DNA of 64,000 nucleotides from Lytechinus pictus (Eukaryota). The notes below the pieces were generated by a model, which did no database searches, was not told the origin of the DNA, and was given only the letters and a program-made list of their open reading frames with translations. The stretch is taken from contig NC_087245.1 in the NCBI RefSeq assembly GCF_037042905.1, positions 37,698,001 to 37,762,000 on the forward strand, given 5' to 3'. Of this stretch, positions 1-11,800 are shown piece after piece (the stretch's first letter is position 1; the number at the start of each line of letters is the position of its first letter). The translations under genes were made by a program, and so were the position numbers.

Positions 1-370
1 AAAAAAAAATAACTGACTCGACTACATATTCGAAATAAGTTCGAATCACGGCAAAGCTCTCACACTTGAAGCTCGGCATTTCATATGTCATCATACATTG
101 AATATCTATAATACGAATTCTATATTCATTATTTGCGGCCGCGGGGGAGGGGGGGGGTTAGATGAACCACACAGAAATCTTTCAAACTCACTTTGGAGAT
201 CATTTCTTACAAATCATTTGTAGATACTCTGGAACGTATCGACTTAGGTGAGAACCACAATTAACCAGTCCATTGACTTCTGAAATTACCTGTATGGTGC
301 CGAATGCCCGAAACATCTTTGGTAGTGATGAATCATTTTATTTTTTTTATGATTTGAGTAGCTTAACCTT

Positions 371-587
371 GGTGGTGGTGGTGGTGATTTTTTACCTGAT
401 TGCTAAGAAAGCATGAATGCTTGTAAGCAAGCAATCAGAGGACCGACGGCTTAAGGTCCTCTAGGCCGAAGGACCTGGTACTGAGGATTAATACCTTACC
501 AAAGGGCACTAGCGCACCAAGTGGGAATCGAACCCGGGTCACCGGAATACGAATCCCCCGCTCTACCGACTGAGCTACCGCGCCTCC
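371..587 (-). mobile_element. tRNA-derived SINE with (CAC)n tail
   Basis: Minus strand head GGCGCGGTAGCTCAGTCGGTAGAGC...GGGTTCGATTCCC (A and B boxes) with an unpaired acceptor stem, about 130 nt of body and a (CAC)n tail. Confidence 0.8.
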
Positions 588-647
588 TTCAGTAATTAGC
601 GATCCTTTCTCTTAAAATCGTATTCTGAAACTACTACTATACTATAA

Positions 648-926
648 CAATAATAATATAGCATTTATGAGGCGCCGATTTATCTAGTTCCTATTCAACG
701 GCGCACTATGTTTTACCCGACTGTAGCTCCAGCTGCTAAAGTTAAGGCGCTTGGTGCATTCCAGGAATTAATCCTGCCGGGTACCTATTCGTCTCACCTG
801 GGTTGAGTGCAGCTCAATGTGGATATATTTCTTGCTGAATGAAAACACGCCTTGGCTGAGATTCGAACCCACACCCCTCTCCGATTAAAAGACGAGATTC
901 GTACCCACTAGACCACGACGCCCCCA
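648..926 (-). mobile_element. tRNA-derived SINE (second family)
   Basis: Head GTCGTGGTCTAGTGG...GGTTCGAATC, core CCCAGGTGAG...GGTACCCGGCAGG, 3' end GGCGCCTCATAAATGCTAT(ATT)n; closely similar copy at 23169-23435. Confidence 0.85.
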
Positions 927-1983
927 CTATATACTGCAGTACTCCAACCAAATTTATTTCAATACACCCTCTTGCTAGATTCTATTATTATATTTATTGA
1001 GCTTTTTACGAGTCAGCATGTAAGCATTTAGATATAATGAATGAGATTAGTAGCTTATTATCATGAATACGTAGAATCAAACTATTTGGACATTCACAAT
1101 TTTGGTATAATAAACTGCGTTCAGCAAGCAACGGCTGTATTAACAATCAATGATTTTCCTCATTATGGGGAATGATTTGATTTGATTAATCTATTCATGG
1201 TATAAGCCCTATTTAGGTGCGAGACTGTTTTAAAAAGGAGCTGTGCAAAAGATCAATAATATCAAAATGACAAAAGAATATACATGATATACAGAAATTA
1301 ATCAAATAGAGTTACTCATAACACAATGAACAAATAAATTAGAAATATGATAACTTTTTGCACATGTAAATTCGAATGGAAGAGAGAGATGAATGTTTCC
1401 CTGACTCGGATCGAGAAGTACTCTCATTTCCGGATTCATTATAGCTGATAATGGCTATTATGACGTATGAATTTTGTAAAACAAAACAAACAAAAGGGAA
1501 ATCCCCTTGTAGCGTACTTCCGCGCAATTGGTGCGTGCCGCGCCGATGCGCATACCGGCGCGTACTAAAAATGTAAAAAAGTTCGTTAACCTTAACCTGA
1601 TTAAAGAGGAGAGTATGCATGACGTCACAATGACTGATTACTTTTTTGAGGGTCTTGCATTCTAAATACAGGACGTTGTCAAAACGTTGTCAAAATGTTA
1701 AGCACAGCGCACACGATATCGATCTGATGCGACGCGATTTTTTTTTTAAATAACATTTTGCATTAATGTGAAAGTTCCAAGAAATAAGATCGTTTTATTC
1801 TAAGTTTGACATAATGTTGGGAATAACAAAATCATGATTTTTGCACTGAGAGCGCTCTGGTCGGAGTAAAGTCCAAATCGGCTTCAAGTCACAGCCGATG
1901 ATGACGTTATTACAATTCCTACAGGGAGATTCGAATTAGACTGAAATTCGATTTCAGTAGTACTACCCCGGGGTACTACCACT

Positions 1984-2255
1984 TACTGGCGGATCCAGGG
2001 GGAGGGGCACAGCCGGCCTGTGCCCCCCCCCCCTTTGAGAGAGAGGCACAATTAAAATTTGTTATGTAAAAATGTCGTTAAAACAGAAGTACCCCCCCCC
2101 CCCTTTGAAAGTAAAGACTTTTTTTTGCTTGTCATTTTTTTGTGTGGACGAAATCCCCTTATTTTGGGGGGTTAAAACCCCCTTTTTGTTTGCTTGTCAA
2201 AATTTTCCTCGGGAAAATGTGTCTCCCCTTTCGAAAACTCCTCGATCCGCCCCTG
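1984..2255. mobile_element. MITE with 8-bp TSD (hAT-like)
   Basis: Ends tactggcggatcc / gatccgcccctg; TSD ctaccact at 1976-1983 and 2256-2263; poly-G/C subterminal tracts. Confidence 0.8.
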
Positions 2256-2711
2256 CTACCACTATTCTGAACTCTGATCGCTAAGATTATATTGGTTGGA
2301 ATGTCCATATCAAATTTTATTACAATTTCTTTGAAATTCGCGGATGGCACAACGTACGGGGGCAACGAATCGCATGTGCGCCGCCGGGGCTTAGAATATA
2401 AAGCTTAAAGCCAGGGTTACATCAAAATCGAATTCTCCCGAATAAATTTCCGACTGATTCTGCCCAAATATGGCGTGAGTGATTCGGATGAATTCGGTAA
2501 ATTTGGAACTTATTCGTCTCTGATTCGGGGAGCTCTCCGAATAGAGACGAATGGGTCCCGAATAGCTAGGTCCTGATTCAGTGCAGACTCACTAAGAATT
2601 GTCCCGAATCAATTTTAACAATCCCCAATGAAGCCGAATTCCACCCGAATTGTGGTAAGAATCGAGCCAAAGGTGACCAGAATCGCGACCCCAGAGTCAG
2701 ACCCAGCCTTC

Positions 2712-4530
2712 GCCGATCGGGGGGGGGGGGGGGGGGCGCGATTTTTTTTCACATATATTCCCCCCCCCCCCCCGATCCGCCGCTCAGAGCTGAGAGATTT
2801 CTTTTTGTTTATTTCTTTGAAAGGGGGGGGGGGTAGTCTAAAATTTTCAGCTTTATTCATATAAAACTACATAAATATGCGATAATCCCATAAGCCCTAT
2901 TTTTTTTCTTAAAGAAATTTAATGTATTTTGCCTTGGAAATTGAACATTCTGGGAAAATGTTTGTTATCCTGAACAAGATGTGTATGTAACTAGATAATC
3001 ACTGCGAGAGCGAAGCACGAGCAGAAATTTTAAAACTAAACCCAGACATATTTTGCAAGACGGTTTACAGTTAGCCAAGAAGACAATCTTTCAACAATAA
3101 AATAATGGGAGCGCGGTTTTTTTTTGACATTCCGACCTAAAAAATGGCAATTCTAAGCACTTTTTGTAATCATGAATGGGTAGGTATAGGTCTATAACTA
3201 AACAAACAGTTGATGCGAGCGCGAAGCGCGAGCGGAAAAAAAGAGATTTCAGACTTCAAAACGGGACACTTTATTCATTTTTTGTGAATCATGAAAGGGA
3301 TGGGTAATTGGGTATCTTCCCACATTAATAATGCGAGTGCGTAGCGTGAGCAGAAAATTCTCATCTGAAACTGGATAATTAAAGCACGTTTTAAGTAAAG
3401 AACAAGCTGCGTATCTCAATAAACATGCGTGCATGTTAGCAATCTTGGCATTCTGGATACATTTAGAAAAAAAAAAACTTTTCAAACCAATAATGCGAGC
3501 GCGAAGCGCGAGTTGAAAATATTTTATATTCCAATCTGAAGAAGGGGTCAATTTAAGCCCTATTTCAAGCACTGTGTAGGAACATTGTGAAGTGGATGTG
3601 AATCGCACTTGATGAATGATGTGAGCGCGAAGCGTGAGCTGATATTTGTTTTAATATTATTTTGACCCAGGACAGGGACATTACGGACTTTGTGTCATTA
3701 TATGAAAATGATGACTATCTTTTTATTCCTATATTCCTAAGCGCGAGATGAAACTTGTCGATATTCCATTCTGAAAGGGAAACAATTCAGTAATTAGGAA
3801 TAAGTAATTCATGAAATGTTATCATATTTCTAATAAGCCCAATGAGTGCGCGGAATTTGTTGATAATAAGGCCTGAAAACTGGACATTTCAAGCAATTAT
3901 GAATAGGAAGCATGCAAGCGCAAATCGCGAGCCGAAATTTTTGATAAACTCTTAATCAAATAACTTACCAATCAAAATGCGAGCGCGCTGCGCTAGTTGA
4001 TACCTTTTGAAAATCAGACCTGAAAACGGATGTTTTTTTTTTTTAAGTTTATGGAATACACGAAGACAATAAGGTACTATTACTTGGCAAATCGGATAAT
4101 GCAAGTGCGCAGTGCGAGTTAGGGAAAATGTTGATATTCAGACAATTAAACGGACATTTTACAAAGCACTTAAAAAAATCAATTTGTTAATCAAACAAAA
4201 TAATGAAAGCTCGATGTCCGAGCTGAGATACATTTTGTATATTGACTTAAAACTTGGTATTTTAAGCTCCATATCAGCCTATTGAGCAAGATATGTATCT
4301 CATCGAAGTGGTAATGCGAGCGTGAAGCGCGAGCGAAAATTTCATTATAGTGACATGAAAGATTTTTCAAGTCTTCCCCTCACCTTATTGGCACACGTCT
4401 TCCTCCTCTTATTTTTCCTCTTCTTTTTTCCTCCTCTCGTTCCCCTTCTTTTTCTTATTTCTTTCTTCCCCCTTTTTTTTGCTCCGCCAAGGGGGGGGGG
4501 GGGGGCGGGCCCCTCTGGATCCGCCTATGC
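2712..4530. mobile_element. Non-autonomous DNA element with dispersed GCGCGAAGCGCGAGC subrepeats
   Basis: Motif recurs about every 100-150 bp; right end ggatccgcctatg; related fragments at about 40820-41400 and 47282-47955. Boundaries approximate. Confidence 0.6.
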
Positions 4531-5950
4531 ACGACCCGAATATGGTATGGATCACTTAACCACTTTTTTTTTAATTCAGATATGGATCCAATATTTATAG
4601 ATCTTTGACCTCAGGGGCGGATCCAGGATTTTACAAGGGGAGGGGGGGGGGGGGGGGGGGCTCATTTTCTCGAGGAAAAAATTGACAAGCAAAAAAAAAA
4701 GAAAAAAAAGAAGGTTTCTACCCCCAAATTAAGGGCGTTTCGTCCACGAAAACAAAATTGACAAACCAAAAAAAAAGAAGAAAAAAAGAAATATGATAAA
4801 TATGACATTAATAACCTAACATACACCGAAGAATTATTTTGCATATATCCGTATCTAGACAGATTCCATGCGGATCTGGGCCCGGGGCCCGGTGGAGACT
4901 ATACCCCCTCCCTCGCTCCCAAAAATGAAATGAAAGACAAAAGAAAAAGATTGGGAAGTGAAAAGGGAAATAAAAGGAAAAGGGGAAAACGAGGCCGCGC
5001 GTGCCGAAGTGGCCCTGCATCTTCTCTCGCGTGGAAAATGGAGCAGCGGGGGAGGGGGGGGGGGGGGGGGATGAAAGCTTAAGTTCCTGGGCTCATACTA
5101 GAGGAAGAAGAAAATAGATTAATATGCAGATCGAGAGTATACTAGCGTGAAAGGTAAAACAATTCTAGTCGCCATCCCCCTTTAAAAAGTAATTATGAAT
5201 CAAGAGCGAATGTACAAAATTAAGCCCTTAATAGCTAACTAGTCTTTGTTCTGCAATTTTTCATTACTCTTGTTTTTTTGTTTCTCTGATCTTGTACTCT
5301 AATCGTGCAATGATTCTTGTAAATATTCTGATTTTCATGAATTTGTCAATAAAATCAAAATTATAACAAAGAAGGGAAATTGAAAGGATGGATCGAAGTA
5401 AACGTGTCTCCCTTTTTTAATATAACCGAAAGTGCTTTCTCCTTTTCATCAGGTCTAAATAAAAAATTATTTAATCGCTCTTCATGAAAGTATATCTGTA
5501 CCCCAATATTCATTAATTCCTATAAACCAAACAGTACTGAAAATTTTCATTTTAATTTCAGGTCAGTGTATGGAAATATAATCTTGCTTTTCGCGCTCGT
5601 TTATTTGAGATACACATCTTATCCAAGATTTGAAAAAAAAAGAAATCCTTAGAATGTTCCGTTTCCTGCTATACATCAAAATTTAGTTTGGTAAACCGTA
5701 ACTGCACATCGATGTTCCAGGATCATAGTTCTTTTTTGGTGCAGTATCAATATGTCTTATCGTGAACTCCTTTTTTCAACTCATGGCCTAATTGACGGCG
5801 GAAAAAAAATTACCACAGAGATATGTGATCATAAGTTTTTCCCCGGTAGAAGTAGTATGATTAATAATAGCATGTTAATTCAAATGTTTTGTTTGACATC
5901 TAAAACGGCTATATATGCGATTTAGCAAGTAAACAAGACATCGAAAGGGG

Positions 5951-6360
5951 GTTTATTTCCAATTCGTCTAATGCCAATTCGTCCAATTGCCAACTCGTCT
6001 ACTATCATTTGGTCTACCATCAGTTCGTCCACATCACCACATGGCCTACTTTCATTTAGTCTAATGCCATTCCATCTAATAACCAGTTGGTCCAATAGCC
6101 ATTTAGTCCATATACCATTTGGTCTAATTGGAAAATTGTGCAAAATGAATGAAAATGAAATGGATATTATAGGGATATTATATTAGACCATCTGGTTATG
6201 AGACAAAATGGTCATCGACGTAAATGATGATTGGATCGACCAAATGGTTGTTAGACGAAATGTTGATGGACGGAATGGCATTAGATAAATGACAGTAGAC
6301 CATTATAATGGTGAGTGGACGAGTTGGTAGTAGCCGGGTATAGACGAATAGGCGATTTAC
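5951..6360. mobile_element. Small foldback/Mutator-like MITE with 9-bp TSD
   Basis: Arms made of short ttcgtcta/ttggtcta repeats, inverted across the centre; TSD cgaaagggg at 5942-5950 and 6361-6369. Confidence 0.7.
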
Positions 6361-6592
6361 CGAAAGGGGGATGGGCATAATCATTCGAAGCTTCATCGTC
6401 GTATCAGCTTAACAATCTATGGCAAGCCAAATGCCCATAATGACAAAAACCCATATTCATCTATAAAATGGAGTACGTAGTATTGACCCGGGTATTGACT
6501 GGTGATAAACTCTTTTCTTTCAATAACTATTCATTTAAATAAAGACATATTTTGGGATCCAAAATATTATATATATATATATATATACATAT

Positions 6593-7413
6593 GAAGAGCT
6601 CACTTGCAAAAGGGGTTAGGTCAATTTTTCATCAAATTTGATTTTTATGTCTCAATGTATAGATTTGTAGTAGCTCTATAAGATGATACCAAAGAAAAGT
6701 TGAAATTCCTATTAAAAAGTGAACTAAAATGGCAAAAAAAAAAATCACCTTTTTTTCAAAAGGGTTTAGGTCCATTTCAGTTTAGTTGCAAAAGGGGTTA
6801 GGTCCACAGAGAATTTTTTTGGAAAAGATTATCTTAAAAAATATGAAGACATTTCTTTTATACCCAATTTTATGTTTTCATGGTAGGGTATCATGAAAAT
6901 TCAGTTTCGCATAAGAATATTGCAATATGGGAGAATAAAAAAAAAATGATTTTCTTGGAGTGGACCTAACCCCTTTTGCAACCAAACTCTTCTGAAGAAC
7001 TCATTTGTCAAAAGGGGTTAGGTCCATTTTTCATAAATTTTATTGTTTTCTGTCTCTAAACCTCTAAATTTTTAGTCGCTCTGATGATACCAAAGAAAAT
7101 TTGTAATTCAAATGAAAACGTGAATGAAAGTGGCAAAGAAAAATCATTTTTTTTTATCAAAAGAGATTGGATTCATCTCAGTTTACCTGCAAAAAGGTTA
7201 GGTCCACAATGATAATTTTTTCAAAAATATATGGAAAAATTGAAGACAGGTAGATTTCTTTTATACCCAATTTTATGTTCACATGATAGAGTAGTACATC
7301 ATGACAATTTATTTTTTTCATATGAATATTGCAATAAGTGAGAATAAAAAACAGCATGGTTTTTCTCAGAATGGTACAAAGTGGACCTAATCCCTTTTGC
7401 AACTAAACTCTTC
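6593..7413. mobile_element. Head-to-tail dimer of a ~400-bp MITE inserted in (TA)n
   Basis: Units 6593-6992 and 6994-7413, each with ends gaagar...caaaaggggttaggtc / ggacctaayccc...ttttgcaa...ctcttc; ATAT on both outer flanks. Confidence 0.8.
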
Positions 7414-7485
7414 ATATATATATATATATATATACATATGTGTGTGTGTGTGTATGTGTGTATAAATATATATATATATATATAT

Positions 7486-7833
7486 AAATGGATGAAGAGA
7501 ACAATGGTAGGCGTAGCTTAAATCAAGGTTCCCCAGAGCTATCTACCCTTTGGAAAAATTGGTGATGCCGAAAAAATGTCTCTGCCGGGAATCGAACCCG
7601 GGCCCCCAGCTTTGAACGCCGGTGCCTTAACCACTAGACCACAGAGACGGGTTAGTGGCTAGGGCGACCCCGATGTGGTCTAGTGGTTAAGGCACCGGCG
7701 TTCAAAGCTGGGGGCCCGGGTTCGATTCCCGGCAGAGACATTTTTTCGGCATCACCAATTTTTCCAAAGGGTAGATAGCTCTGGGGAACCTTGATTTAAG
7801 CTACGCCTATACCATTGTTCTCTTCATCCATTT
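7486..7833. repeat. Near-perfect palindrome of two outward-facing tRNA-like units
   Basis: Arms 7486-7643 and 7674-7833 are reverse complements apart from a 2-nt indel; 30-nt spacer; left end abuts (TA)n. Confidence 0.95.
7577..7648 (-). tRNA. tRNA-like gene, 72-nt full cloverleaf, anticodon TCA (opal-suppressor-like; function unproven)
   Basis: Minus strand GTCTCTG TG GTCT AGTGGTTA AGGC A CCGGC GTTCAAA GCTGG GGGC CCGGG TTCGATT CCCGG CAGAGAC A followed by TTTTTT: 7/7 acceptor stem, D, anticodon and T arms, A and B boxes, Pol III terminator. G32 is atypical, and it lies in a palindrome arm, so it may be transposon-derived. Confidence 0.55.
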
Positions 7834-7887
7834 CTTTACAATATTTAAATAAAAGAGTTGCCAAAGCTGTTGTACATGTATAATTTT

Positions 7888-7939
<52 letters not shown>

Positions 7940-8858
7940 CTCGTGAAGACGTGAGGTTTGCGTCAAACATTTTGAGAATACTTGGAAATAAACTTTGTTG
8001 GAACTGCAATGCACCACCTCTTTTTCTCTTTTATCTCATCTGTGTCCAACACGCGGAATGACATCGTTTAATATATTATATATATATATATTAAAGGGCA
8101 TTTTTGTTTTTACTTTGCAACAGTATACTTGAAACTGGGAAAATTTGGTTATGTCCCTTTTGAAAGTAAATTCCAGAAATTACTATTTCAAAGTTTCTTT
8201 TCATAATAATGTGCATTAGATATAATCTTACACTTAATTCAATACATCACTCTACATTCATGATTATTTTTCATTCGTTTTTTATTTTCATTTTTGCAGA
8301 TATAATCAGACACTATTCGATCCCTATATCATTTTACATTAATGAGTTATTTCATTCATCATGAAGATGATTTTTTCGATTTATTAACCATAAGTTTCTT
8401 TCCAACTGTAACCATGCACGGTAAAAAAAACAAAGGAAAAACAACTTCAAATAATTATGGTGCGCTCTATATATTATGAGTCACATTATCACAGTGATAA
8501 TATGCTAATTAATTTTCTCTAAGTTTTCTAATTTTTCAGTGTTAGAGTTAACTTGACTCAGAGTATGATCTCGTTTGTGGAATTATGATCAATATTTCAA
8601 TTTTGAGTTTGGGGGGATTGAATGAAGTTTAGAATGCTTATCAGTGGTTAAATTATGGACGTATAGGCTTGCCATATAACCGTCCCATGTTGCATTGCTG
8701 ATTTGATTGCCACGTAAATTTTGCCGGGAGAAGATTTCCATCCGCTGCGGCATCTTAACGAAAAGACATCTTTCTTTTACAAGGAAATGTGTTGAATTGA
8801 CGAATATTCAGCTGATCTGTAACGAAATTCTAATAAAATTAAATTCGAATCATAAAGG

Positions 8859-11800
8859 ATGGGAGGTGCAAACAGTGTGGAAGTCCCAGGAGGAGGCACA
8901 GAAGGCTACCATGTCTTGAGGGTAAGAAATGAACTAATAGTTTGACTTTATGTCCCGCCTATTTATATTTGTGTTTGTAATAATAGTACTGTGATGAGTC
9001 ATGCATGGATGCTTAAGTTTTGATTACAAATTAGGGTCTACAGCCTACAGGCCGCTGAAGTTAAATCTCATATTTATTCAGTTCCAGATGATGATGATTA
9101 TGAAGTACCATACTACTTTTTCAATATGTACTGATAATGTTGTTAGAGCAAGAACAGGATCGAAGCTGAGAAGAGAATCGGTTCAGAAGTTTTGCTTCTA
9201 AAAGTAAAAATAAAATCGAAGTCGGTTCGGATATCGGATCGGCAGATATTCAGAAATAAAAAATACATTAAAATTTGTGGGTGGCCGGCGCGGACAAATG
9301 CTGCAAGCTACACTGATGACAGAATTTGTTTTGATCTCCGACTCCGACAAAAGCTGAGGAAGAAGATGATGAATTGTTTTTGATCTCCGACATAATCGGA
9401 GAAAGGAGAAGTAGATGATGATGCAGCGTGCGACACTACTGCCCGTCAACGATAGTCCTCTTCTCTACAACATCTTGATGATTGTGGAGGCAGTTGTAAA
9501 CTCTTAGAGGTCGCATGACTTACCGAAATAGACGCACTGCTATCCGAAGTTGTTTACGATGATAATGATATTCACCTTCTCCAGAACATTGTGGTGATTA
9601 CGGAGACAATCGTAAACTCTTAGAGGTCGCATGGCTTACTGAAGAAAAAGGCGCACCACTATCCAAAGTTGTTAACGATGATTTTCACCTTCTCTATAAC
9701 ATCGCAGTGATTGCGGAGGCAATCGTAAATTCTTAGAGGACGCATGACTTACCGAAAAAGACGCACTGCTATCCAAAGTTGTTTACGATGATATTCACCT
9801 TCTCTACAACATCGTGGTGATTGCGGAGGCAATTGTAAACTCTTAGAGGAAGCATGACTTAACAAAAAAGACGCCCAGCTATCCGAAGTTGTTTACAATG
9901 ATATTCACCTTCTCTACAACATCGCAGTGATTGCAGAAGCAATCGTAAACTCTTAGAGGACGCATGACTTACCGAACAAGACGCACTGCTATCCAAAGTT
10001 GTTTACGATGATATTCACCTTCTCTATTACATCGCAGTGATTGCGGAGGCAATTGTAAACTCTTAGAGGAAGCATGACTTAACAAAAAAGACGCCCAGCT
10101 ATCCGAAGTTGTTTACAATGATATTCACCTTCTCTACAACATCGCAGTGATTGCAGAAGCAATCGTAAATTCTTAGAGGACGCATGACTTACCGAAAAAG
10201 ACGCACTGCTATCCAAAGTTGTTTACGATGATATTCACCTTCTCTACAACATCGTGGTGATTACAGAGACAATCGTAAACTCTTAGAGGTCGCATGGCTT
10301 ACTGAAGAAAAAGGCGCACCACTATCCAAAGTTGTTTACGATGATTTTCACCTTCTCTACAACATCGCAGTGATTGCGGAGGCAATCGTAAATTCTTAGA
10401 GGACGCATGACTTACCGAAAAAGACGCACTGCTATCCAAAGTTGTTTACGATGATATTCACCTTCTCTACAACATCGTGGTGATTGCGGAGGCAATTGTA
10501 AACTCTTAGAGGTCGCATGGCTTACTGAAGATTAAGACGCACCACTATCCAAAGTTGTTTACAATGATATTCACCTTCTCTACAACATCGCAGTGATTGC
10601 AGAAGCAATCGTAAACTCTTAGAGGTCGCATGACCCACTGAAATAGACGCACTATTATCCGAAGTTGTTTATGATGATATTCACCTTCTCTACAACATCG
10701 TTGGGATTGCAGAAGCAATCGTAAACTTGTAAATGTCGCATGACTTACCGAAATAGACGCACTGCTATCTGAATTTGTTTACAATTATATTCACCTTCTC
10801 TACAACATTGTGGTGATTGCGGAGGCAGTCGTAAACTCTAACTTAAGATGTTGCAGCTAGAGATCATTCCTAAAGAATATATATATATATCTATTTTAAA
10901 TCGCTAGCATCTAAATTCATAATGTTTTTAAAACATGTTCCACCGATCGGTCATTATTCTGTTCAATTTTATTTGCATTTGCGACAGAGTCAGAAAGATG
11001 CGTCTTTTATATTTCTTCTACTTCTAGGAGAGCAAGAGATCATTGCTAATAATTATTCTAAATCGCTAGCTCCTTAAAACCAATCTAAAATATTATCGCG
11101 CATGTCAGCGTGTTAAACTAAATTTTATTTGCCTCTGCTTTTAAAGATCAAAACAAATCATTATCTTCTTCTTGTTTTTCTTCTTCCTCCGCTTTTGTCG
11201 GAGATCAAAACAAATCATTACCCATCATCATCATCTTCTTTCTCTTCTTCCTTCGCTTATGTCGAAGATCAAAACCAATCATCATCTTCTTCCTCCGCTA
11301 ACGTCTGAGATGAAAACAAATCAAAACAAATCATAATTTTTTCCTCCTTCTTTTCCTTCCACCGCTTTTGTCCGAGAATCCGAGATCAAAACAAATCATC
11401 AGCGCATGTTGACGACCGACACAAGGACTTCGCTCGGAGCTTGTTTATTCACAGGAAAAGCGCTCGGCCGCAATGCATGTCGCCACATCTTTTTTGTTTT
11501 GTTATGTTTTGGTTTTTCTGATCCGATTTTTTTCCTACTTGTCAAAAATCGGAGTTCAGAAAAATGTAGAAAAAAGGGGAAAATTGGATCGGATCGGGAA
11601 TTGCAACAAAAATCGGTTACAACATTATTTACTGAACTGTTATTGTACTTTCATTGTAGAAACTTGTCTTTGACTATTCTGCTGTTGTCTAACGTTAGAT
11701 AAATCCTCTGTGTCGGAGGAGTTTTTCAACATTTTCTGATTTTTTGTCCTCCTACACAGACGGATGATGGCCATTGCGCTCGTAATTGTCGAAGCTCCTT

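Noticed and set aside
514..586. tRNA-Thr(CGT)-like gene
   Set aside because: The acceptor stem does not pair and the sequence continues into a SINE body and (CAC)n tail, so it is a SINE head.
7577..7648. tRNA-Sec call based on the UCA anticodon
   Set aside because: It lacks the long variable arm, extended D stem and 9/4 acceptor/T arrangement of eukaryotic tRNA-Sec.
7669..7740. Second tRNA gene on the + strand
   Set aside because: The 5' acceptor strand is replaced (cccgatg), so a full cloverleaf cannot form; kept only as a palindrome arm.
9457..10845. Regular repeat array as a possible CRISPR
   Set aside because: Whole 110-bp units repeat with no unique spacers, there are no cas genes, and the context is a eukaryotic intron.
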